A stretch of 63,548 bases of DNA, the filler included, from Jimgerdemannia flammicorona (Eukaryota): assembly GCA_003990765.1 (NCBI GenBank). It is 3 parts of 3 records of this genome, joined end to end, with 100 filler letters (N's around TTAATTAATTAA, not from the genome) between each part and the next. Parts side by side here need not be neighbours in the genome. Positions count along the whole stretch, not along the records: positions 21,219 to 42,336 come from RBNJ01001528.1; 2 more parts are not named here. The stretch is one strand, 5' to 3'. Positions 23,790 through 36,200 of the stretch are shown in pieces. Made by a program: the position numbers and the translations under genes. How positions within the stretch are numbered: the stretch's first letter is position 1; the number at the start of each line of letters is the position of its first letter. The notes beneath the pieces were generated by a model that was given only the letters and a program-made list of their open reading frames with translations, made no database searches and was not told where the DNA came from.

Positions 23790-26700
23790 GTGGTTTACAA
23801 TCCAATTCCACTTCAAGATGCTTCCTCACCCTGCTACAAACCCTTCTGAGAATTCCTACAAGTTAGTATAAAGCCCAACCTCTGAACTGGAATTTATCCT
23901 GAACTATCTGACAATTTGGAGAGAATTGAACCTGACATACAAGGACAATTTGACCTCCACACCTGCAACAAGTGGGACAAACTTCATTCAAAGAAAGAAG
24001 TACTCAGGTTAAACCAGCAAATAGGCAAAACCCTATTCACCGAACTCCTTGCACTACACCCAGCAAGTCAAGATGAAGAAGGTCTTATTGAAGCCTTCTT
24101 TACTCTTCTCAATAAGAGTTTTGTTAGCTCTACAAATCTGAGTGACCTAGGACAACCAGCAGCAGTCTTTCTAGCCTTAGTTCCTCACGAAGCCCAAGCC
24201 TCTGTAGCCAAGTGGCTCAACTCTACCGACTTTCACCACACCAGGACCAAGACTGCCTTATACTACTGATTCCAGAACAGTAAGGCCCACCATATTCTTA
24301 AAGAAGAAGCAAGAGAAACCCTTTATCAACTACCTGACCCCGAATCTGAAGCAGGCCCTGCTATAGCCCTACCTGAATCTGAAACCAATACCAAACCTGA
24401 ACTTAACTTTGAATTAAGTTCATCTGAAATCAGATATACAACTGATTCTGTCTACTTTGACGCCGAGCAAACCCAATTACATAGGGACCAAACCGAAGAA
24501 GAGGAGGAGTATCTCAGTGAATTTGATCCCAGATATACTACTGAAGGAGAAGTACCTCCATCAGGACAGAATACATCTATACAGCAACAAACAGTTATCT
24601 ATCAAGCCCTCACTCCAGACCCACAACTACTACTCTAGCAACTTACACAGACCCAAAGAACACCATCACACTCTGCACCAGTACCTCAAGTAGTACCAGT
24701 ATCACCAGTACCAGCAGTCCAACTGCCTCCAGTAAACAACATGGCAAACCAACAGATTCTAGACCTCACAGCCCAGGTAGCTATAATGGCAGCAACCATT
24801 ACTACCTTAGCCGAACAGACCCGACCTACCAAAAATCTGAGCCTACCTACCTTCAATGGTACTGCACAAGAAGTCCAAAGCTTTATTAGTATAGTTGACA
24901 CCAACTTCGAAGCCAATCAATAGACCAATGAGCGAGTGGCTGACCGCATTCTGACAAACAATTAAGACCACACTCTGGAACAACTCTTTGCTACCACTAC
25001 AGCCTATATCCACTGAGTTGTTACATTCTTCCGAGGACCTGTCAAAGAATAGTGGCAAACCCTTTCTGAAAAACCCCTCACATGGGATATCCGACCTGCA
25101 GTAGTTGCCCAGAATGCAGCAAATAATGTCCCAGGATATGGAGCCCATCTGGCAGCCCCTGGACTCAAACAACTCATGATTGCTCAATACCACAGCGAAA
25201 CCATGATTGCTAAATCTCAAGTAAAACTCCGCAACCTCAAATTTGATGTATATGGCAAAGAAGAATTCGAAACCTTCTATACAAAACTCGAGTCACTCCT
25301 GAATACTGTTGGCCTAGGATATATCGCCAACGACAAAGCATGAAATGGTATAAGAGCAGACCATTTATTTAATGCCCTGCCTGAATGGTTTACTAGAAAA
25401 ATCTGAGAACAAGGCCGCCCAGTTGGTTGTAATCACCAACAATGGTGCCTGGCAAGAATCAAGACTATGGTCAAGCGAATCCTAACAGCTGGACCAATTC
25501 TGCCCTGAAGACAATTTAACAACAAGGAAAGGACTTAGACCAAGAAAGAAGAACCCAAGCATGAAGCATCCCAAGCTCCCTCCACATCCACCTCTTGGAC
25601 ACCCAGAAATCCTGAACCCACCCAGTCCAGTACCTTCAAGAAACTTACTGAAGGTGAAAGGAATGAACTTTGAAGAAGTGGAGCATGCTTCTATTGCCGA
25701 GAGACAGGACACATGACCAGTGCCTGCCCCAACCAAAAACCCCAAACAGCAACATGAGCAACTATTACCACTCTTCACCACCTCAACAACCTGACCACCA
25801 GAACACTAGACTTTGTCAAGTTAAGATAAACTGCTAAGGCCCCAACCAAAAGAAGTCAAAAAGCAGCTGGATATGACCTGTATACAGCTGAAGAAGCTAC
25901 AGTTTCTAACCAAGAAGTCAAACAAGTCTATACAGGAATCAGTATCCAAATCCCTAAAGGACATGTTGGAAGAATATGCTGTTGCAGCAGCCTAGTGCTA
26001 AAAGGACTCTCAGTAGAAGGAGGAGTCATTGATGAAGATTATACAGGCGAAATTATTGTCCTCATTCGAAACTACAGTTGGACACCCTTCAAGATCTCTA
26101 TTGGCTTCTGCATTGCCCAGATCCTATTCGAAATAATTGAGTCAACCCTGGCAGTCAAGGAAGTCCCTGAACTACTACCCACCATCCGAGGATCCAAAGG
26201 ATTTGGCTCATCAAACAAGGCTCCAGCCCAACCTACCATGAGCAAAGAAGAACAATTCTACAAGAAGATCAAAGATGGATATGTACCAAGTGGCTGATGC
26301 CCTCATGGCATTGGAATATACTCTTCCTGAATGATTGATAATTGCTTCTCTTGTGTCAACAAACTGGCTCAAAGAAGAACCAATAGAAGGAAAGCTCCTA
26401 CAACTGAAATCACCACCATTGGATCAGACAAACTGCTTACCCTTAAGGCTTTTGTCAATGGAGCTCCTGTTAAGATTATGATAGACAGTGGCACCTCAGG
26501 CAACTTCATCAATGAAGAGACAGCCAACAGACTCAAGGTCTTCACCTCTCCAGTATAGCAAACTCAAGCAGTTGCTACAGCTGATGAGACCTCACATATT
26601 ATTAGCAAAGAAGTCCGCAACCTATCCTTCTGAATTGGTGACTACTGAGTACATGTTACCCTCCAAATCGTACCACTTCTTGACAATGAAATCATCCTTG

Positions 26701-27170
26701 AGACTCCATGGTTAAAACAAGAGAACCCTATGATTAATTGGGTAAACCATTCTCTGACCATCAAGAAAGGACACCACAACTTCAAACTACAAGGTGAAAA
26801 GGACTCACTCAACTCTAGTGACCCTGGACCAAAGATCACCCACATCAACAAGCTACAACTCAAGAAATTGGCCAAGAAATGCCCTCTCTTCGCCATCTCC
26901 ATCCGACCATCCAAAGGAGAACTCAAGAACTCTGAAGAAGACTTTTCCAAAGTTGACAGCTGTGTCAGACCACTACTCCAGAAGGTCTGAGACATATTTC
27001 CAAACCAAACCACAGAACTACCTGCACCTATCATTATTAATAACTAAAAAGAATACAAGGTTGAACAAATCCTCAACAAATATAGCCACAAGAACCATCC
27101 AAATGGTACAACAACACCAGAACAAATTAGAAGGCTCCAACAAGGACATCAAAAGCTAAGAAGGGGAGAG
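23790..27170 (+). pseudogene. Single-frame polyprotein remnant of element C; dUTPase about 25815-26215
   Basis: All fragments (23916, 24741, 25995, 26331, 26730) are in one frame. Motifs LSLPTFNGT, CFYCRETGHMTSACP, AAGYDLY, GGVIDEDYTGEI, RGSKGFGSS, IMIDSGTSGNFI and EYKVEQIL. Confidence 0.88.
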
Positions 27171-27171
27171 T

Positions 27172-28651
27172 TGTAAGCACACAACCTCCAAGTCACCAAA
27201 ATTGCATAGTATCCTCAGAACTAAATCAGAAACCACATGCGAGACTACAAAACAAGAGATCATCTGGTTACACAAAATATGCCAGCAAGCATGAGAACCT
27301 ACTGCCAAGATACAAGAATACTAGAAGAAGTACTACAACTATAAGACTGACTCTGAACCACTATAACTAGTTTGGTATACTGTACTATTATAAAAGGAAA
27401 CCGAAAGTACCAAACTCAAATTGAGACAAGAAGAACCCTATCTTATCTACCAAAAGGTTCATGAACTGCACTTATCAACTCAAGACCAGGATATACTGCA
27501 GCTATACAAGACCTCATTACTTAGCAGAAGTAAAACACATTTGAACAACTCTGTTTGCTCTATCTGTGTCACCTCTGTTGGAGAGTGACAGACATTTCAT
27601 CTGAACTCAAGAAAGCCGACAATGTCAAAACCAATCTCAAGCCATCCATGTGATAGATATTACTACTAGAAATTGTCTCGAATTACAGAAAATATCATTT
27701 CCAAGAGGTTCGAACCCCCAGTCACGACATTGGGAGCCCTCGCCCTAGACGAGAATGGCCAGTCCTTGCAAATGTGCCAGCAGACCAAAAAAAAAGAGAA
27801 CCAAGACCTGTTATCCTTGTACAACCACTGCCACCAAGGACAGCCTTAATCTTGCATGAGATAGAAGTGACGACACCTTGAAACTGATAATATCAGAAGT
27901 CAGAAAACTGCTCAGACTTTGCCAGCGATGATGTCATCAATGTGATGTCATCAAGGACTAACCAGACAGTACCTAAATCTATAAATAGCCTAGCAGTCAT
28001 AGTATAGTTAGATTAGCCTTGTATGATATGACTGTGAACTGACTCAGCAGTTAGATGATCTCTTGACATATCAGATCACACTTGTACTACGTGACTGCAT
28101 TCTGACTCAGCAAGGCACTTAGTGCTACATCCATATCTAGCATAGTCCAGATAGCCCCTCACTAGTATAAATATCCCCTCCCCCAGACCTCAGAATCTCA
28201 GACTCGAATATATAAGAATATTCCTGAATACTTCCCCACAATATCTCTTTACATAAATACTCCTAGTATAGCAATATCATGAATAGCAAATAAACCTATT
28301 CCATAACCCACAAACCACTCTTAAGTAAATCTGCTCTCCGTTAGGTCCTACTCCTAACCCTCTCATAAAATTTCCTAATTGGGTATTGTCTGCAGCGATA
28401 CACCAATTCAACTAAGCTGGTCTTAGTTTCTTGAACTTCCTGAAATACAGAAAATCCTGAATATCCAGAACTAGTCCAAAAAAGGTCTTTGGTTGAGACA
28501 TTAATCTGATCTTGAAATCAATAAGCGTAGAGGATGTACTCTATATGAAATTGATCTTGACCATAGAAAACAGTCTTCCAGAATATCCCGAATATCCAGA
28601 AAACCTTTCCAGAACTATGTAATGGTTACCCTAAAAAGTAACCCTCTTACA
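27172..28651 (+). repeat. 3' LTR of element C
   Basis: Follows the PPT, ends ctcttaca, and is followed by the TSD. Confidence 0.95.
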
Positions 28652-31600
28652 CCACAGCTTTGGGAACCAATATATATTCAGGATTAATACCTGCCCTACT
28701 AGAGAGATATGGCAGCCTCCCCAACCTCGAAGAGCCTCTTCCCAACTATTCACCCTGCTCTCCCACCACACTCGTGGCAAGACAGAACCATATATAGAGA
28801 GGAAGATGCCTAGATACTGCACCACCTCACCAGTAGGGACAATTGTTCCAATGATGTCCCCACCCACTAGTCCATTCCCTAGCACTATCGTCTTACACTT
28901 ATGCTAGTTGAGTTTTGCCCCCAAGTGAGTCTCATACCATTCCACAGTCTCCTGAAGTGCCTCCACATCTGCCACAGACTCAAGTCCAACCACTATATTA
29001 TCAGCAAAGGCCCCCACCTTCTACACTATACTATATATAGAGAGCCCTACTACCTTCCGGTGAATCCTATCCATCAATGGCTCCAGTGAAAGGGCATAGA
29101 GAATAGGGGACAGAGGGTCCCCCTGAGGAACTTCTCTTCCCAAGAGAAATGCTCTCTCATGGTGACCATTACATGTCAGAGCTGCCCGACTACTTTCCAG
29201 TAGACTCAACATAGATGCCCTAAATCTTGGGGGAACACCAATGTGGTCCAATACCTTGCCCAGCCACACCCACCATACATGGTCATAGGCCTTCTCCTGG
29301 TCCAAAAAGACCAACCTTCCATCCAGTCCACAGGCCCGGGCCCCTTCAATGACACTGTAAACCCATGCAGTCCCATCTCTTATTAGCCTGCCCCCAACAA
29401 AGCCCCATTGCTCCTCCCCCAGCATCTGTTGGGCAACTTTCTGCAGCCTTGCGACAATCACCTTAGTCACCATCTTCCTGTCTATATCCAGAAGTATGAT
29501 CAGCCTCCAGTTCTTCCAGTCTTCTCTCCTTCCCTTGTCTTTGTACAATAAGGCCACCAGCCCCAGATTCTGCTCTCCAACCCACTCACTGCTCTGAAGG
29601 ACATGGTCACAGAGAGCAGCTATCTCACCCAGAACTCTGGGGACATTTACCATCTTTTTCCAGAAGTCCCATAGCAATCCATCCTCCCCGGGTGCCATCC
29701 CAAGTTTAGTTGCTGCCAGGACCCTCTGGATCTCCTCTCTCTGCACTGGTAGGATCAAGTCACCCAGGCCAGCTACCTGTGGTGGCCCCCACTCATCTAG
29801 TGTATTTACAATCTCTGCCTCATCCACACCCCCTTCTCCCTCACTCTACAAGCCCTGCCATCTCTCCTTCAAGACCCCCAAGATTTGTTGCATGTCATAT
29901 ACCATATCCCCATCAGCATCCAGGACCCCATCCCACTGATGATGCACTCTCCTAGCTTTGAGAAGTCTCGATAAGTACCTAGTAGGTCACTCACCCTCCT
30001 CAAGTCCCTGCCACCGTAGCCTAGCAGCCATGCCCCACATATGAGTCTCCTCCTCTTTCCTCAACACCTGTTGTAGTTCCACTATCTCCAATCTCACCCT
30101 TTCTATCTACCAATCTTCCACCCCTACAATAGTGAGCAAATCCACCCAATCTGTTTGTAGTCTCCTCAGCCTGCTGGAAGTACACCTTGTGTGCCTCCTC
30201 CTCTGCCTCCCAGCCTCTCTACTAGCTCCTCCCCAATAAACTCTTGCAGCCTCTTTCAACCTCATCCAGCGGACAGCTACAGGCAACCCCTCATACTTCC
30301 AGATATAAACTTTTGCCTGAATGTCCTCCACCCACAATTCCCACAACCTCTTCTCAGCCAGCAGAGAGGAGTTAAGGCACCAATGTCCAGGTCCATCTCC
30401 ACTCCCCCCAAACTGCCCCTGCTCCAACAGTCTCTAGTGATCAGACCATGGGCACCACTCCACTTCCAATGCTTTCCAAACATCTGAACCCCAGCACTCT
30501 GCCATCAGAATCCAGTCAATCCTTGTGCCTAAGCCATTCACCCAATACATATAGACCCTGGTGTCACCCCACCTTGTTCTGCCCATATCCCCCAAGGAGC
30601 TCAATGTCTCCACCTCCTCCCATGTATCCAGACCTCCACTTCTATCCCCAGTACTCCTCCCTCCATCAGTTCTGTCTAGACACTGATCCCAAACCATATT
30701 AAAGTCCCCCCCAAGAATATTGACCCCTTCCTCCAAGAGAATACCCTCCTCCAGCAGCCCCCTAATCTATGTAGTCCTCTCACCCCTAGCCGCAGGGCAG
30801 TAGCAAGAGCCCACCTTCACTGATTCCCACCCTGGCCGATGCCAATCTCCCCAGACCAAGTGATCACCCTAGCTCCTGATTCCCCCCAAGTCTCCTCTGC
30901 CCTTCCTCACCAGAATCGCTACCTTTCCAAACCAAGCAGCAGCCCCTCCCCATTCCCTAGTTCACTCCACCCAATCATCCTCATCCTCACACTGAATATC
31001 CTATAATAAAAAGAGATCAGCCTCTAATCTCTTGAGCCAAGTAAAAATGTTCCTATGCCGCCCAGAGCCCCTTAGCCCATTCACATTCAAGGAGAAAATG
31101 TTGATTGTACTGTTCATAAAGAATAATGATATATCGGGGTCTCATCCTCTATAAGTCGGCATCCTGCTCCTCCTGCACTAAGTCCAGGTCATGTTCAGCA
31201 GCTAGTTCCCTCTCCCCAGCTTCCCGTGCCTCCAACTTACCCAGAAGTTCTACCATTGCCCCATCTTCATGCTCCTCAAAGTCCTCGCAATACTCCAGAC
31301 AGGCCTCCTGCCAGAGCCGCAGACCATGATGCTCTGCCCAACAGTAGTCCACCCACTCACCAGTGACCACCCCCAGCTCCGCCTTCCTCACCTCATCAAC
31401 CTCATATCCCTCCTCCTCCAGCAAAATTGCCAGAATCTCCACCTTCAGTACCTCCACCATTCCATTACCACACAGAATCCTCACCCAATGCTCCTCAGGC
31501 ATCACCCGCAGATCCACCTCCCCCAAAGCCTCTGCCGCGAGATTATCCATTACCTTGCATATCTACAACAAGTTCCCCACCTCCTTCTCTCCTGGAGTCC

Positions 31601-33262
31601 CCAGTCGCCCTGCATCCAACATCGTGGTGTCAGCTCCTACACTAGCAGCCTCATCCCACTCCTCCTCAGAGACATCCACCAGCTCATCCTCACCAACCGC
31701 CACCACCTGACCCCCTTGTATCACATCAGGGACTCCAAAGCATACCTGCTGGACCCCCTGCATCCGTGTATCCTCCATCATCCCTCTCTTCCCAAGTGGG
31801 CCCCTCCTGATAAGTAGGGGGGGGGGTGGCATCCAATATTGGCTCCCACACTTCGAAGGTACCATCAGTAAACAGGTTCTTGTCCAGCCCCTTCCCAGCC
31901 CCTGCCTCCTCCACCTCCACCTCCTCTCCTCCTTTACCAGCCCAGACACTGGCCTTAATACCTCCAGACTCCTCAGCTTCACCCAACTTCTTCTTCACCC
32001 CACCTGTCATACTTGCCAACAGCTCCCTCTACCTCTTGCATCCCTGGGCCCACTCCCACTGCTTCTTATCCATATGGATATGCTTCCTGCCCACAACCTC
32101 CAGATGTGTCAACTCCTCATACAGTTTCCAAGCCTTTGCCCTCCTCTCCACAGCACCACCCAACTCCTCCAGTGCTTTCAACAAGTCCTCCTCCTCCTCT
32201 TCACTCCCTTTCACCCTCAATACCCTGCAGATGATGGCCCCCCACATCAGCACCGAGGGCCAGTTACTTGTCTTCCCTGTGGCCTCCTTCCCCACCAACT
32301 GAATCCTGATATCGATGTTGCCCATCCTGAAAGTTATCCCCTCCCACAGCTGAAAGCCAATGTCCACCATATCACCATACACTGCCATCACCTCCTCCAC
32401 CCTCCTCCTAGTCTCCTCCTTAGTCACCATGGGCACCCCCCTCACCAAAAGCTACACCACCCTGGGGTCCCACCTTAAGCACCTCACCATGGGGACCACC
32501 ACCTCCCCAACCACCACTCCTGTCTTCATGGCCTCATCCAGTAGGCCTGCCTCCTCAAAGCCCACCTCAACCCCCTCAAGACTCTTTAAGAACTTCACTG
32601 AGGCTGCACCAGCCACCTGCCTCGAAATAAGCCCCAGGACCATCCTCACTATCACCACTAAGCCCCTGAAGCACAAGGTAGCCGCAAACTCCAAGATCGA
32701 CTTCTTGAGCAATAGGGCCACTGCCAATCCCATTACACCATCAGCCAGGTCTCCCTTCCGCATTGGGAACCCCTGCCCCCCCTGGCCATCAGCCATCACA
32801 TCTCTTTTTTTTTCCTGATCCACCATCATACTACCATCAGCAGTCCTGCCACTACCCCCAGCCACTACTCCACTCCCTCTGCCCCCCACCAGCAAAGACC
32901 CAGCTCCCCCAACATCTTCAACCTTCTGCTTCCCCTTTCCTCCTACCTGTCCACTGCAGGCACCCCTCGGCCAACCCCCAGCCTTAAGTGCATCTGCAAA
33001 GCTCCCTCCCTACTGCCCTCCAGCCCCCCCACCAGTGCCACCTCCACCACCCGAGCTGCCCAGTCCACTTGATCCACTGAAAGACCCCATCCTCAGTCCA
33101 TACCCTCTCCTGACATGCTGCCAGTCGAAGGCCCCAGGTCCACCTGACCTAGGACATGCATCGGCTCGCTTGCTGGTTGATATCTCCTTAATATCTTTCT
33201 CTAATAAATGATTGAAAGTATGTTGTAAAGTGTGTGTAATGTGAATTGTAGCAGAGAGAGAT

Positions 33263-36200
33263 AGAGAATCTCATCTCCCACACCTTCTGCATCAGCAGAA
33301 CCCAACCTCCTCCATATAGTTCAACTATTCTTCTCAACTACCAAGTACGTAGACAGTGTAGCCTCCTAGGGAAATCCACCAGACCTAGGCCTCCCCTAAT
33401 CACTGGCTCTACAAGGGTATCCCAACTAATTTGCGACCTTCTCTCTGCCCAAATCCAATCCCAAGCCAGCTTCATCAGCCTCTTCACTACTCAGGCTGGA
33501 AAGTCCAAGTAATATACTATATACTATAGCTTGGAGAACCAGTATATATTCAGGATTGACACCTGCTCTACCAGGGAAATGAGATGACCCCCCCAACCTC
33601 TCAGAGCCTCTCCCCAAATGACTATCTTCCTCTTCCACCACACCTGTGGCAAGACTGACCTATATATAGAAAGGAAGATACCAAGATACTGCACCACCTC
33701 TCCTGTGGGGACAATTGTTCCAATGATGTCCCCTCCCACCAACCCATTCCCCAACACTAATGTCTCACACTTATACTAGTTGAGTTTTGCCCCAGAGTAT
33801 GCCTCATACTATTCTACTGCATCTATAAGTACCTCAACATCCACCACTGATCCAAGACCAACTACCATATCATCTGCAAAGGCCCCCACCTTCTACACCA
33901 CACTATATATAGAGAGCCCAGCCATCTTCCAATGGATCCTATCCATCAAAGGCTCTAGCAAAAGGGCATAAAGAATAGTGGACAGTGGATCTCCTTGAGG
34001 CACTCCTCTCTCCAAGGAGAACACCAAACCCTTGTGATCATTGCACATCAGCACCACTCTACTGCCCTCCAACAAACTCAATATAGAGGCCTGAAACTGT
34101 GGTGAGACACCAATTCTGTCCAGTACCTTACCCAGCCACACCTGCCAAACATGGTCATAGGTCTTCTCCTGGTCTAAAAAGACCAGTCTACCATCCAGCC
34201 CACAGGCCCGAGCCCCTTCAATAATGCCATGCACCCAGGCAGTTCCATCTCTAATAAGCCTACCTCCTACAAAACCCCATTGCTCCTCACTCAGAACCTA
34301 TTGAGCAACCTTCTGCAGTCTTGCAACAATCACTTTTGTCACCAACTTCTGGTCCATATCCAAAAGCATGATTGATCTCCAATTCTTCCAGTCCTCTCAC
34401 CTGCCCTTATCTTTATACAATAAGGCCACCAACTCTAAGTCCTGCTCTCCAACCCACTTGCTATATAGAAGAACATGGTCACAGAGGGCAGCCATCTCTC
34501 CTAGCATTCCAGAGACCTTCACCATCTTCTTCCAGAAGTCCCAAGGTAGTCCATCCTTCCCAGGCACTGTCCCAAGCTTAGTAGCTGCAAGGACCCTCTG
34601 GATCTCCTCCTCTTGGACTGGTAAGATCAAGTCACCCAGGCCCTCTATCTGCAGTGGTTCCCACTCTTCCATCATATCTCCAATCTCCTCTACATTAGCA
34701 CCCCCTTCTTCCTCACTCTACAGACCCCACCATCGCTCCTTCAATATTTCCAAGATCTGTTGTGTGCCATGTACCAAATCCCCCTCAGCATTAAAGACCC
34801 CATCTCACCAATGTCACACCCTCCTAGCTTTGAGGAGCCTAGATAAGTACCTAGTAGGCCTCTCTCCCTCCTCAAGCCCCTGCCACCATAGCCTGGCAGC
34901 CATTCCTCACATATGAGTCTCCTCTTCTCTCAACACTTGCTATAGTTCCACTACCTCTAATCTTGCCTACTCAAACCTCCAATCCTCCACCTTATCAGAG
35001 TCAAGCAAATCAGCTCATTCCATCTGCAATCTCATCAGCCTATTGGAAGCACATCATATGCACTTCCTCCTCTATCTCCTGGCCTCTCTACCAGCTCCTC
35101 CCCAATAAACCTTTGCAGCCTCTTTCAACCTCATCCAATAGGTACCCACAGACAGACCTTCATGTCTCTAAATAGGAACCTTTGCCTGGATATCCTCCAC
35201 CTATGAGTCTCACAACCCCTTCTCAGCCAGCAGGGAGGAGTTAAGGTACTAATGTCTGGGTCTATCTCCACTTCCCCCAAACTGTCCCTGCCCTAACAGT
35301 CCCCAGTAATCAGACCACAGGCACCACACTACCTCCAAAGTCTTCCAGATATCAGCACCCCAACATTCAGCTGTCAAAATCCAGTCAATTCTTGTGCCTA
35401 ACCCATTCATTCAATGGGTGTAGATCCTGGTGTCACCCCACCATGTTTGGCCCATATCCCCTAAGGAGCTAAGATTTTCTATCTCCTCCCATGCATCCAG
35501 ACTGCCACTCCTCCCACCTGCATTCCTCTCTCTATCAGTTCTATGTATCTAGTCGCAGATCTCAAACCATATTAAAATCACCACCAAGAACATCAACTCC
35601 TTCCTCTAAGAGAATACCCTCCTCCAGCAGTTCCTTAATCTATGCAATCCTCTCACCCCTAACTGCTAGGCAGTAGCAAGAGCCCATCCTTACTAATTCC
35701 CACCCTGGCTGATGCCATTCTCCCCAGACCAAGCAATCACTCCAGCTCCTGATTCCCCTTAAATCTCCTCTACCCTTCTTCACCAGAATTGTCATCTTTC
35801 CAAACCAAGCAGTAGCCCCACCCCATTCCTTAGTCTACTCCACCTAATCATCCTCATCCTTACACCATACATCCTGTAGTAAAAAAAGATCAGCCTCCAA
35901 TCTCTTGAGTCAAGTAAAAATGTTCTTATGCCACCCAGATCTCCATAGCCCATTCATATTCAGAGTGAAAATGTTAGTTGTACTATTTATAAGAAATATT
36001 ATTATATATTAAACTCATCCTCTACAAATCCACATTCAAGTCCTCCTGCACCAAGTCCAAGACATGTTCTACAGCTAGTTCCCTCTTCTTAGCTTTCTGT
36101 GCCTCCAACCCTCCCAGAAGTTCAACCATTGCCCCATTCTCTTTCTCCTCAAAGTCCTCACAATACTCCAGACAGACCTCCTGCCAGAGCTGCAAACCAT

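Larger units (their letters stand above)
22298..28651 (+). mobile_element. Non-autonomous Ty3/gypsy element C with LTRs of about 1480 bp (N-extension-gag-CCHC-dUTPase-Cys module-PR-partial chromodomain; RT/RH/INT absent)
   Basis: LTRs at 22298-23778 and 27172-28651 (TG..CA) with TSD CCACA (22293-22297 / 28652-28656). PBS TGGTAGCAG at 23782 and PPT aagaaggggagag before 27172. Confidence 0.95.
21681..33262 (-). mobile_element. L1/Tx1-like LINE copy a (ORF1 about 31149-33183; ORF2 from 31117), interrupted by element C at 22298-28651
   Basis: APE motifs IFSLNVNGL, ILGGDFN, RIDWIL and SDH. RT motifs APGEDGL, FLDQEKAYD, PQGDPLSP, FADN and YLG. The 5' end is intact. Confidence 0.93.
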
